Below, one piece after another: positions 1 to 11,179 of a stretch of DNA of 64,000 nt. Both the position numbers and the translations under genes were made by a program. The notes beneath the pieces were generated by a model. That model was not told the DNA's origin, ran no database searches, and saw nothing but the letters and a program-made list of their open reading frames with translations. Each line of letters begins with the position of its first letter. The first letter of the stretch is position 1. The DNA is from Podarcis erhardii (lineage: Eukaryota). Location: the NCBI GenBank assembly GCA_964252035.1, contig OZ176214.1. The stretch is one strand, 5' to 3'.

Positions 1-17
1 AAACTATTAAAATATTG

Positions 18-48
18 TCACACACACACACACACACACACACACACC
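18..48. repeat. (CA)n microsatellite
   Basis: Uninterrupted cacaca run. Confidence 0.95.
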
Positions 49-679
49 AAAAAAGAGAGAACCCTATTAAATCTATTTCATATATAAAAACAATTTTGAA
101 ATCCAATACAGAGGCAGCCAAGGACAAAATGCATTTCCTAAGCCCTTGAGGCAAGAAGGCATTCCAAAGGCAAGGCAAGAGTCTTCCACATCCAAGTACA
201 ACATGACATTTTCCAATATTTCAACCAAAGTACTGACTGCTTAACTACAAATTGAGCAAGCAATTGTTTGTGTGTGGACACTATTGAGCAAACAGCTGTT
301 GCCACAGATGGAACATGTTTGAGCAGTTGTAAGGCCCAGGTGCACTTCTCTGGAACCAAACAATGCTGTAAGGGAGACGTAAATTTTTGTCATGATGGCA
401 TTTCTGGAGATTATTTCTTATAGCATTTCTGTATGTGATTATTTGACTTGGTTACATCAACCTTCAGAAGTGAAACATGTATAGAAGGGCTGAGAGGTGG
501 CATATCCCAAAGCTCAAATCGTTTGGTCTCCGGTTTTGCAGCGATTAAAAGTGATAAGTAATCAACATGGATTTTGATCCATGATGAGCACTTCTAAATA
601 TATATATTTTTCTGTTGAAAACAATACAGAACTTAAAAAGTCAAGCCAAGATCTGCCACTTATTAATGGTGGCCAGACT

Positions 680-1091
680 AGGGGTAGGCAAATATGTCAA
701 TTTTGGTTTTTCATTTCCCAGTCCTAAATTCAGTTCTCCATATTTTCATATCTGTTTATGATATTATTTTTTTTAAGTCCTCAAGAAAATTGATCAGCAT
801 TTTAGTGTGTATCTCTCCTTATATACATAACTTTGCAAAGCAATTTCCCTGAACACAATCCATTTTGTATGTTATTTTCACTAATACAGTATATGCCTTT
901 TTAAGCACACAGAGCCCTAGTATATGCATTCTTGCACACGTTGATTTGGCTAGAGAACTGCATTGCAAAATTCAGAGAAGTGCCACTTTTGAAGGAAAGA
1001 TTGTGCCTTGGTTCTCTTACTGTTTTGGAAAGTGCAGATTATGTAGGTTTGCCTTTAAATGCAAACCGAAATGAATTTCTCCTCCATCCCT
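680..1091. mobile_element. Old non-autonomous DNA element (probably hAT-like)
   Basis: Begins taggggtagg and ends ccatcccta (short inverted termini). A partial reverse-orientation copy of the internal AT-rich part lies at about 15880-16050. Confidence 0.45.
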
Positions 1092-1204
1092 AACTGACGC
1101 AGCTACACAGCTCTAGAAAGATATGAAAGGGATCGCAACAAGGGACTAGGGACATATATGTTGGAGGGCATGGAGTTATGCAGCTCACGAGCCAAGGAGA
1201 TATA

Positions 1205-1863
1205 CAATGATTTTTTCATCCAGAACTCACCGGAACCAAGTTCCAGCACCTCTCCAGTGGGTGCCATTGCTATTATAAGAGCACAAAGAAGGCATTCATG
1301 GTGAGTTCCGGCCAGGGGCGCCGACTTATAAAAAATATTGGGGGGGCGGGGGCCCATACCGACTTATAAAAAATATTGGGGGGGCCCAAGACCTCCAAAC
1401 CGCTGCTGCTGGGGGAACGAAAGGGGCGAGCCCCGGGCTGCCCCGACCTTAAGTGAACCTGTGAGGGCCCGCCCTTTGCGGCAGCCGATTGGCTGCCGCC
1501 GTGGGCGGTGAATATTAATGAGCTAGGGGGAATCCCCGCTTCTCGCGGGGCTGATGCCAGCCCCGCGAGATTGTTGATGGGTCGAGAGCCCGCAACCCCA
1601 CCCCCTCTCTAGATCGGGAGTGGCTTTGTTTTAACTCATTACTGAATGTATTTTAAAAGGTAACTATCGTCAAACAAGGAAAATAAAAAATACCAACATA
1701 ATTTTGTGATTTTACAAAGCATAATATAACTGATAATTTTCTTAAATTATTGGGGGGCAGAGCCCCCCCAAACGAATTTTTGAGGGGGCTCGGGCCCCCT
1801 CAGGCCCCATGGAGTCGGCGCCTATGGTTCCGGCACCTCTTTTTCTAGAAAAGTAGCACTGAC
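1205..1863 (-). mobile_element. Short non-autonomous DNA element interrupted by a second MITE
   Basis: Minus strand reads cagtgctacttttctagaaaaagaggtgccggaac...cggaactcaccatgaa...ggttccggtgagttctggatgaaaaaa. The two halves rejoin once 1313-1826 and one TSD copy are removed. Confidence 0.7.
1313..1826. mobile_element. hAT-superfamily MITE (514 bp)
   Basis: Perfect 8-bp TSD gttccggc (1305-1312 and 1827-1834). Imperfect 14-bp TIRs caggggcgccgact / agtcggcgcctatg. Confidence 0.85.
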
Positions 1864-3675
1864 AATATCCCCCAGTCTATAAACTGCAATCCACAGTATC
1901 AGTACAGTAGCTTCTCAAGTCGCTATGGGGGCAGTCTCCTATGGCAAGTTCTGCTGGGATGACCAGCTAGGATGCAGCAGATCTCTGACTCAGTGGTTGA
2001 TCCAGGGCAAGTGTAAGTACAGTACCTTGAAAGGGGTGTTCCAGGGCATTATGGGGGCAGGACCAGAGAGGAGGGGATTTAGACTGTAACCTGGCAACCC
2101 AGTGTAAGACACTATTTTAGAGGCTTGTGTTCACTCTGCCAGATTCAGCAGAGCAGTCCCACTGCAGAACTGATGGGACTTCACACTGGCTTGCTTTATA
2201 CTAGCTTCTTGGGCATAGGCTTGTTCCCTTAGAGACTTTCTTGTCACAGAAGATATTATAGCCTCAGAAGGGTAGCTTCTACTAAAGATGTTCACGAATG
2301 CTGCTCACCTTAATGTACCTTAATTTGTTTGGCTGTTTTTTAATGCTCCATGAAAGGACCTTTCAGACTTTTGGTTTTCTTATGTGAGTATCTTCCTGCA
2401 ACATGTTCTTGACATGATAATATGGCATTAGTGGTGGATTTATTCTGCTTCAGTCTGTTCAGAGATGCTTCCCCAGAGCAACCACATTATTGCTCTTTAG
2501 AAAGGCTATAGCGCAACAAAAGTGGAACCAAAATATACAAGAACATTTGTGGCATAAAAAGTTATGATTTCAGCAGGAAGTTATGGGAGGTACCCCATTG
2601 GAAATGAAGCAATGTGGCCACCCCACACCTTTTGCAAGTGCAATCAGTAGTGAAAGGGGGATTATGTATGACTGGCCCAATAGCATCATGAGCACAAATC
2701 ATAATGAATATGCAATAAAAAAGGACATTGTGAGGTGGCCCAAATCAAACAAAAATTAGACTAGGAAGCTTATGAAGAAAATAAAACATGTAAATCAAAC
2801 AATTTCAAATATCAAATGTCTTCATTTGTATTGGGGCATCGTCTTTTCTGGGAACAGCCTTTGTAAAAATAAAATAAAATGTGGTGAACAAGAAATTGGA
2901 AACAGATATATTCGTGAGTTACTGCTTCAGGAAGAGGAGGCTGTTGACCTTGTGCTACATATCACTTGGTGGATTTTCTATTTCAGACGTGATTTGTCTG
3001 TTCCAAGTAGCTCTGCTCCTGTTTTGGCACCAAAAAATCTTCCTTCAGACTGTTTCACTGGCTTTTATTCTACTGCAAAAGCTTTCTGGTTATAGCTAAA
3101 CGTACACAAGGAGTGTTCACACAAGATGGAATAGTGAAGCTGTTCAGTCAATGCTTCTCCCATTCCACCAGCCGCTCCCCACATGTCTCTGTAATACATA
3201 AGCAGCAGCTATTGAGGTGCGATTTCTGAAGCCTTAAAGACCTGAAGAAACACTGGGACAGATGCAGAGCCAGTCCTAATGTTGGGGAGAGTGAGTTGGT
3301 TGCGCTAGGCAGCTGGTGTTGGATGTTGTGGTAGGGCAGCTAGCAGCTAGTTTAATTTGAATATGATGGTAAGAGGAAGGCAAACATGGCACCCAACCAT
3401 TGTTTTTGCTTTATGTAGAATTGCCATATTTCAAAAAGTGAAAATCCTGAGACAAAAGTTGAACTTTTTTTGAAGCCCTAGGTTTATGTCAAGCAGCAGC
3501 GATTGATCCTCCCCCCCCCCCCCATGTTAAAAGTGTGGGACTTACTGTAACAACTTCATGGAGAGTACTGGCACCCCTTTTTCATAAAAAGAAAAACTAA
3601 GAACAACAACACTAGTTGTGAGGAAGGGGGACAGTGCAGAGGCATCTCCGCCACCACCTTTCCCACCTGTTTGGC

Positions 3676-3814
3676 CCCCAGCAGGACCCAGGTTCAATCC
3701 CCCAGGCTGGGAAAGAGTCCTTGCCTGAAACCCTAGAAAATCACTGCCGGTCAGTGTTGACAGTACTGAGCTCGATGGACCAATGCTCTGATGTGCTGTA
3801 AGGCACCATCCTAT
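3676..3814 (+). mobile_element. tRNA-derived squamate SINE remnant
   Basis: B-box-like ccaggttcaatcccc, followed by the body ccagtcagtgttgacagtactgagctcgatggacc shared with copies at 4581 and 25560. Confidence 0.7.
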
Positions 3815-4580
3815 GATTAAGAGGCTTGTGAGCAAAACAAAAACAAAAAACTCTTTTAAGTTTCTGGTATGTCCTTGAATCCCACCCACAAAATGAGTTT
3901 GGAGGCACCCAAGGATTTTGCCTGGGTCTTGCCACGTAAGGTAAGGCAATGCAGAACAGTCACTTTGCATAAACATTCCTGGTAATTTCCTTCAGTTATC
4001 TCAGCAGGTCATAAAGGGAGGTGGGGGGGAGAGAGACCAAAAGTTTCCAGATTATAAATTAGCAAACTACCAAGCTAAAGAAAGCAAACATAAAGACGAT
4101 GTGCTTCACTTTCCATATAATTTAACAAGCATCTTAATAGACAAGAATAGGTGCTTTGTTTTTGCCAATAAAATTTGACTGCTTTTCAATCAATGTTTTT
4201 GTAATCTGTGTAATGAGTGGGAATGAGGCAGATTGCATTTTATGTTCCTGAAACCGTTTTTTTTGGTATTTATCCTTATGGCAAGAATCTAATTAATCTA
4301 CATTAAAGTTACAGCAGCCCCCATTAAGAAGATTGCTGAGGTATGTTGAGTTTGTGCTGTAGAGTCAGCTGAATGGACTGGGGTGCAGAGGTAAGGATCT
4401 CAAACGGCTGCCAACACATTGTGTTTTCATACAATCACTGGGCATTCTTGTTGCATCAAACAATTGCAAAATTGATTGCCTTTGGGGCCAGAGCTTAAAA
4501 TCAGATAAAGATAGCACAACAGCCAATATAGCTTCTTTTCACTATAGTTACAATAGACCATAGTTCAACAGACCATAATT

Positions 4581-4698
4581 AAATGGCAGAGCATCTGCTT
4601 TGTATACAGAAGGCCCCAGGTTCAATGCCCAGCACTTCCAGGTAGGGCTACGAATGTCCCGTCTCAAATTCTGAAGTGCTACAGTCAGTGTAAGCAAT
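4581..4698 (+). mobile_element. tRNA-derived SINE, 5' part (continues at about 5676-5705)
   Basis: tggcagagcatctgctttg...ccaggttcaat head. The body breaks at gtgtaagcaat and resumes after 5675 as gtaggcaatactgag, matching the uninterrupted copy at 25560-25750. Confidence 0.7.
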
Positions 4699-4726
4699 GC
4701 CGGATTTAGGTATAAGCTAAACAAGC

Positions 4727-5074
4727 CATGGGAGACGGGTGGTGCTGTGGGTTAAACCACTGAGCCTAGGGCTTGCTGATCAGAAGGTTGGCGGTTCAAA
4801 TCCCTGTGACGGAGTGAGCTCCTGTTGCTTGGTCCCTGCTCCTGCCAACCTAGCAGTTCGAAAGCACGTCAAAGTGCAAGTAGATAAATAGGTGGGAAGG
4901 TAAACGGTGTTTCCGTGCGCTGCTCTGGTTTGCCAGAAGCGGCTTGCTTAGTCATGCTGGCCACATGACCTGGAAGCTGTACACCGGCTCCCTCGGCCAG
5001 TAAAGCAAGATGAGCACCGCAACCCCAGAGTCGTCCACGACTGGACCTAATGGTCAGGGGTCCCTTTACCTTTA
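4727..5074 (+). mobile_element. Sauria SINE, full length
   Basis: Typical head ggagacgggtggtgctgtgggttaaaccac, tail ggggtccctttacctttac, and 10-bp TSD ctaaacaagc (4717-4726 and 5075-5084). Confidence 0.9.
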
Positions 5075-5242
5075 CTAAACAAGCTATAGCTTAGGGCCCC
5101 ACTCTCTTGGGGGCCCCACAAAATTTAAAGAAAAAAAAACCCTGGATGTACATTTCCAAAATATAAGATAAAAAACAAATAAAATAAAACCCTGGATGTA
5201 GCAGCATTGTTTTGTGTTGTGTAGGCTCCTATGATGTAAGTA

Positions 5243-5482
5243 CAGTCATACCTTGGGTTACAGACGCTTCAGGTTGCATTTTTCCGGGTTACGGACACGC
5301 CAAAACCCAGAAGTACCAGAACGGGTTACTTCCGGGTTTCGGTGGTTGTGCATGCGCAGAAGCGCTAAATCGTGCTTTGTGCATGCACAGATGTGCCAAA
5401 TCACAACCCGCGCGTGTGCAGGTGCTGCAGGTTGTGAACGTGCCTCCTGCACGGATCGTGTTCACAACCCGAGCGTCCACTG
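5243..5482. mobile_element. Tc1/mariner (pogo/Tigger-type) MITE
   Basis: TA on both sides. Termini cagtcataccttggg ... cccgagcgtccactg. Confidence 0.8.
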
Positions 5483-5818
5483 TAATGGGCCCCGCCTGCT
5501 AGCCTGCTCCTTAAAATATCACTAGTTAGATACCTATTAGGTCCATAAATTACCATATATATATTCAACACAAAAAAATGCGAGAATTTGTTGTTGACAA
5601 AGGACAGTTGGACATATAAAGGGCCCCATTACCTTCAGTAGTTTAGGGCCGCATCAACCTAAATCTGGCCCTGAGTAGGCAATACTGAGACTTATAGACC
5701 TATGTTCCTAATTGTTCATATCAGATACAAAATAGCAAATCTCCCTCACAGTAGTAATGACTAAGTATACTACTTATCCAGCATTGGGTGAAATGAATTT
5801 TGATCAAACTCGCCTATA

Positions 5819-6078
5819 CAGTCATACCTCGGGTTGAATGTGCTTCGGGTTGAGCGCGTTCGAGTTGCACTCCGCGACAACCCGGAAGGAATGAAGCGTG
5901 TTACTTCCAGGTTTCACCACTCGTGCATGCGCAGATGCTCAAAATGACGTCATGCGCATGCATGGAAGCGGCAAGACGCAACCCATGCACACGCAGATGC
6001 GCAATTGCATCTGATGTTGCGTTCAGGATGCGAACGGGGCTCCGGAACGGATCCCGTTTGCATCCCAAGGCACCACTG
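5819..6078. mobile_element. Tc1/mariner (pogo/Tigger-type) MITE
   Basis: TA|cagtcatacctcggg ... ccaaggcaccactg|TA. Same family as 45593-45823, in the opposite orientation. Confidence 0.85.
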
Positions 6079-6112
6079 TACACTTTTTCTCTCTTGAGCA
6101 ACTGTATTTGTT

Positions 6113-6259
6113 CAGAGGCGTAGTGTGGGGGGTGCAGGGGGAGCCGGCCGCACCGGGCGCAACATCTGGGGGTTAGGGTTAGGGGGCGCAAATCCACGGG
6201 TTAGGGGGTGAAAATTACTTGCCTTGCCCCAGGTGCTGACAACCCACGCTACGCCACTG
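6113..6259. mobile_element. hAT-type MITE (147 bp) containing GGGTTA telomere-like units
   Basis: Perfect 8-bp TSD tatttgtt (6105-6112 and 6260-6267). TIRs cagaggcgtag / ctacgccactg. Confidence 0.85.
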
Positions 6260-6477
6260 TATTTGTTTACATACGTTATAAACTTGTGTTCCTCGTGCAT
6301 TTTTTTAAAAAAACAACAATAAAAGTAAGCATATGAACTAGCACAACAAACTCAAACAGGAATGATTGATTCAAACAAGCAGTAAAATATGAGCTACTCC
6401 ATATTTAAAATGGCGGCATCTGCAGCTCAAGGGTTCCCTTGACAATCTCTGTGGAGATGTAGGTTGATGTGGGAGAA

Positions 6478-9219
6478 TTGGCACCAGCCACTTGGTTTTC
6501 GCCTACCTTGTAGCAATCCGTCACAACTCCTCGGTATTGGCAGTTAGGCATTGGTAAGGGTATTGTTCTATGTTATGCAGATTAAGGGGGGGAAGGTAGC
6601 GCCATCACCTTCCCCCAAACAAAAGGGTGGTCCGGTAAAGGATTCTGGGGGGCGTGGCCTTGTCCTAAGCCTATGGAGGTGTGGGCCCATGGCACGCCCC
6701 CAAGCGGTAACTCTGGGGGGAGCTCCTAGTTGACGTGCCTCAGCAGGACTCCCCCTACTGGTGGTTAACCCTTACCGGTCTTCAAGCAAGCGGGCTGAAG
6801 CCGGTTAGTTGTTTTGTTTTTTTTAATTTTGTTTTTTTTAAAATAATATTTATTAACATTTTAAAGACTGTAAAAGAAAGACAAAGAATTAAACAAAACA
6901 AAACAAAACAACACAATGCAAAAACAAAAACACAACACAACACCAACCCCCAAACATTAAATTAACAAAACCAAACAAACACAATTTAAAACACATCTAA
7001 TAAGTTCAGTATCTTAACTTTCATTTACTTGTTTCAACAACCTCCTCACACCTCCCTTTTTGTATTCCACTTTAATTAACTGTTTCAGCAATTCCTTTCC
7101 ATCTTCCTCTGTTTTCTGTCCTGTAATTTATCTTAGCATATTCTAACCTTATTTTTCCCTTTAATATATAATTGTCTTAACATATTTTAACTTTATTTTC
7201 CCTTTAATACTCTAATAATCTATTTGTACTTAATTCCTTGTAACATTTCTACTAAAGCCATATAGCTCCTTTCCAACATTTTTCTAACACTCATTAATTT
7301 TACAATATTTTTATAAATAGTCTTTAAACTTTTTCCAATCTTCTTCCACCGACTCTTCTCCCTGGTCCCGGATTCTGCCAGTCATATCCGCCAATTCCCT
7401 ATAGTCCATCAACCTGGTGATCTTCTGTCCGATGCTCTTAACTCTTTTCCAAGTCCCTTCTGCGAGTCTTCTTCATATTTATACATGAACTTTACTTTGT
7501 CTTCCACTGATCTTATTCTCATTTTCCTTCCTTTAAGGCTAAAGAGTAGATCTTGGGGAAACTCCCACCTAAAGATGATTTTATTCCTTCTCGACAGGGC
7601 AACCAAATCTCCGTAGTTAAATCTAAGATCCGAAAGGTATTTCAGGACGTCTTTCAAAATTTCCACTCTTGACTGTTGTTCTTCTAAGTTCCTCTGGTAT
7701 TTCCAACTGTCTCTTATTTTGTTCTTCTCTTTTTTCCCTCCTCTTCCAAGTCCGAGAGCCCTCACAGTTTTAACTTCTTCTTGACCCAAGTCCCGGTCCC
7801 AAAAGTCATCAAATTCCTGTGTAGGGAAATCTATCAAACTTTCCTTCTCCAGTTCTGATCCTCGAAATCTGATTTTCTTTAAATTCAATCATAGCAGGCA
7901 TCAACTTTTGATCATCAAACTGCATCTGTAAGGCTGGGACTCTCTCTCTCTCTCCAATTGTGTTACTTTTGTGTTCCCTAGCCTTCTCCGCAGTTTGCCA
8001 TGTCAAAGTAGATTCCTGTGTCAGTTTCTGAATAGTTTCTATATTGGTGTTCACTTTTTGTCCCAAATTGTCAATTTTGGTGGTTACCACACCCACCTTT
8101 TTGTGAAGCTGTTCGAATGAGTCACTTATCTTGCATAATACATCCACTAAGGCCTCTTCTGTCAACATTCTTAACCGATTCAAGGTCCCCAGAATCTCAC
8201 AGGTTTTTATCTTGCAGCTGGAGATTCCCCCAGCTCAACTCTTGTGACAGTTTCAAAAGCTTCCTCTAGAGGGAAACAGTTCCTCTAGAGGGAAACAGTT
8301 TCTATTTGTATTAGTCCTTTTAAACTCAATTTAAACAATAAAGTTAGTTTCAATTTTCTGTTACTTTTACTCCTTTTTAAACGCAGACGGAGACCATGAA
8401 AACAATGTATTCCTCTTATTTAACTAACTGTCAATGAACGTTCTAATCACGGTCAGTCCTGTTGGCAGCCCGTTTCCAGGATCGGAGCGGTGGTATATTA
8501 ACTCTGTTCGCTGTCTCCTGCAGTTATACTCAGTCCAAAACTTTCCCCCCTCTTCTCCTGCCACCAAGGGGGGTTTAGTATTTTTTACTGATGGAAATTT
8601 AGTCCTTTACAATAGGCTTTCCGAGACTTCAGCTTGCATCCTCATTGCTTCGATCTATTTACAAAAGGGGAAGGTGGACTTCCTGTTTTAGACCTCCCCG
8701 TTTCGGCACCAAATTAAGACGTTTAAAAATCCAATTCTCAGCTCTACTCACGGGTAGTTGCTTTAAGATCAAATTGTCTACAGGAAAAAGTCAGTGCTCT
8801 CCGGCAACAGCTATGCGGCTTCGCTCCGTGGAAGAAGCAGTCAATTTGAAGCACCGTGCCGCTCACCCCACGTTGCTCCAGATCCCCGAAACCGGGTCTC
8901 CCCGCAAGTAGGGGAGGCGCAAAAGGTGCCAGCCGAATCCCACGTTCACAGGCTTCACCCGCCTGTGATTTCTAATGGGTCTCCGCCTTCGCCGTGGCGG
9001 CCAGACCCAGATTTCCACGAGGCAAATTCCTCCCGATCAGAGGAATTCAGCCATTACCGGAGGCGCTAACCCGGAAGTCAAAGCCGGTTAGTTGTTAGGA
9101 CCAATGCCTAAGGCCAATTCCTGTAATCAATAAAGTTGTGGCCTAATTCGACCCATTAACCTAAATTCTTGTGTCTCGTGTCTTTATTTCTGAGGAGGGA
9201 GGAGGGAACTCACCACGCA
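6478..9219 (+). mobile_element. LTR-like element (about 457 bp after removing the inner L1 derivative), inserted in an L2 remnant
   Basis: Starts near TG (6479), has AATAAA at about 9129 followed by about 85 bp ending CA (9219). Flanked by a 35-bp direct repeat. The right flank continues as an L2-like sequence (ggctttaaaagttaaaaccagcac). Confidence 0.5.
6814..9080 (-). mobile_element. Non-autonomous L1-derived retroelement, about 2.27 kb, with a frameshifted ORF1-like region only
   Basis: 16-bp TSD aagccggttagttgtt (6798-6813 and 9081-9096), A-rich tail with AATAAA. Overlapping minus-strand ORFs 7809-8183 (coiled-coil-like) and 7409-7888 (IRFRG...IIFRWEFPQDLLF, resembling the L1 ORF1p RRM/CTD). 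Confidence 0.8.
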
Positions 9220-9494
9220 ATCTCTGTGGAGATGTAGGTTGATGTGGGAGAAGGTGGTCCAACAGGTATTTGGGTCCTTCTAACTAGCCCATATAAGGCT
9301 TTAAAAGTTAAAACCAGCACTTTGGATTGAGTATGGAAACTTACCAGGAGCCAGTGGAATTGTTTGAATACAGGCACGAAAGATACAATCTCTTCACTGG
9401 ATTCCTGCTAATCTTCTAGCCATGATGTTCTGGACTATGATTATGATTATTTGTTATTTACTACATTGAAATGTCTGCCAGCGACTTACAATTA

Positions 9495-9514
9495 GTGTGT
9501 GTGTGTGTGTGTGT
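9495..9514. repeat. (GT)n microsatellite
   Basis: gtgtgt run. Confidence 0.9.
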
Positions 9515-10939
9515 TTTTAAAAACCATCAAAAACACAGAACTGCACTGGCACCAAATGGCACGTGATTCATATTCAGCAGTTCATTGTCACATGGGCAAT
9601 GAAATTTTCTCCATGCCACATACCTACAACCTTCTGCATGCAAAACATCCTGGCTTTTGGTTCAGTACTCAGCTCAAGGATGGTGTGAGGCAGGGCTGGT
9701 GAGGGGTGTGTGGCCTTGGGGGAATGGGCTACAGAGAGTCCCAAGGGCCTGGTAGAGAAGTATGGGGGCTGCATTTTGTCCCAGGAGCTGATGTTCCCCA
9801 CCCTTGCTGTACATTGTCCTAATGTAAACTGTGAGCTACCTTGTAGGCTCTCAGGACTGAAAGGGGGAGGAATAGAAATATTTTAAATAAACATTTGATC
9901 AGCACTACAGTACTGTACTAATGTTTGGTTGCCACTGTTAAACATCGCACCTTGGTGGCTGTGCCACCAGGTCAATGAAATATTTTTGCTCTCTGTACAA
10001 ATTGGATACCATTCTGTGCCTCTCCAGTCTGATGTTTTATCATGAGTGTCTTCTGTGGCATGTTCGTTTTAACACAATAACAGTGGTATAAAGAGTTACG
10101 GGATTTCAGCAGCATATGCATTGACTGGAAATGAAGCAGTGTGACCACCACAAACCCTTTTGCAGCAGCAATCAGTATTGATAGTGGGATCACAAATGAG
10201 CATCGCAATAGCAATATGAGCACAAATAATCATAAACACACAACAAAAAAGATGTTTGGAAGTGCCTCTAAAATATCATTTTTTTAAAAAAATGGTGGGG
10301 ACTGCCTGTGTGTTGCCTTTGGTATGGGTGGCTTCTGAAACATAGGGATCAAAATGCACATTGTGTAATTCACTCCTAATGTCATTAGATAATGACAGTA
10401 CAATGGGACCCATTACCAGGGTGTTGGGGGCTCAAGTGCAGATTAACTTCTGGCTTTCTTGCTCACATTTGAGGTCACAAGGAATTTCACTAACCACTCA
10501 AAAGGACAAGGTGCCCACAGTTGGTAAACAGTTATCAGAAATCATTTACATTATGCTAATAAGATTTTATTCTCTGAACCCTTATCCGCCTTGGCAGTCC
10601 TGAATGCCTTGCAATGTTAAGTGCATTAAAAACAGAGATAAAGCCATCCAAATGTCACTGTGTTTTGCAAAAGGCCTTGGCAAAGAACAAAATGTGTCAC
10701 TGAACGTCTCTTAAATATAAGGTGCCACGCTGCAAATGGAAAATCTTGCAACCCCTGGGGCTCCATGGTCCCGTCGCATTTGATCAGACAGTAAGCTAGT
10801 TGTTCACGGGGTGTTGGCAGTCAAACTATGTACTCAGCAGGGGTTAGCAATGGAACGGAGCCAGGAGGAGCCTATGATGCCTAATAAATTCCAGACCACT
10901 TTCACGTCTGACTTTTAAATTGGCTCCCCCGGATAGTGC

Positions 10940-11138
10940 TTAGAGTGTAGTGGTTAGAGTGTAGGATCGGGACCTGGGAGACCAGGGTTCAAATACCTGA
11001 TCAGTTGTGGAGTTTGCTGGGCTTGTCCCTTTCTCTCAGCCTTAACCTACTCCACAGGGTTGTTTTGAGGATGAAACAGGGAGTGGGGAAACTGTGCACA
11101 GCACACTGAGCTCCTCAGAGGAAAGGTGGGATCTAAAT

Positions 11139-11177
<39 letters not shown>
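10940..11177 (+). mobile_element. tRNA-derived SINE (Squam3/MIR-like) with (AAT)n tail
   Basis: A-box agtggttagag, B-box gggttcaaat, core ctctcagccttaacctactccacagggttgtt, and an (aat)n tail at about 11139-11177. Confidence 0.85.

Positions 11178-11179
<2 letters not shown>

Larger units (their letters stand above)
4699..5673. mobile_element. hAT-type MITE hosting two younger insertions
   Basis: Inverted termini gccggatttaggt / acctaaatctggc. Near-perfect 8-bp flanking duplication taagcaat (4691-4698) / taggcaat (5676-5683). Confidence 0.65.

Noticed and set aside
2772-3099. Overlapping 107-aa and 72-aa ORFs as an unknown gene
   Set aside because: No recognisable domain, no supporting splice pattern or promoter, and the length is compatible with chance.
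6165-6210. Interstitial telomeric array or fusion scar
   Set aside because: Only two to three GGGTTA units, and they lie inside a TSD-flanked MITE. Reported as MITE cargo instead.
10940-11030. tRNA genes at SINE heads (also 4581, 21525, 25570)
   Set aside because: A- and B-box-like motifs are followed by SINE bodies and tails, with no cloverleaf and no Pol III terminator directly after.
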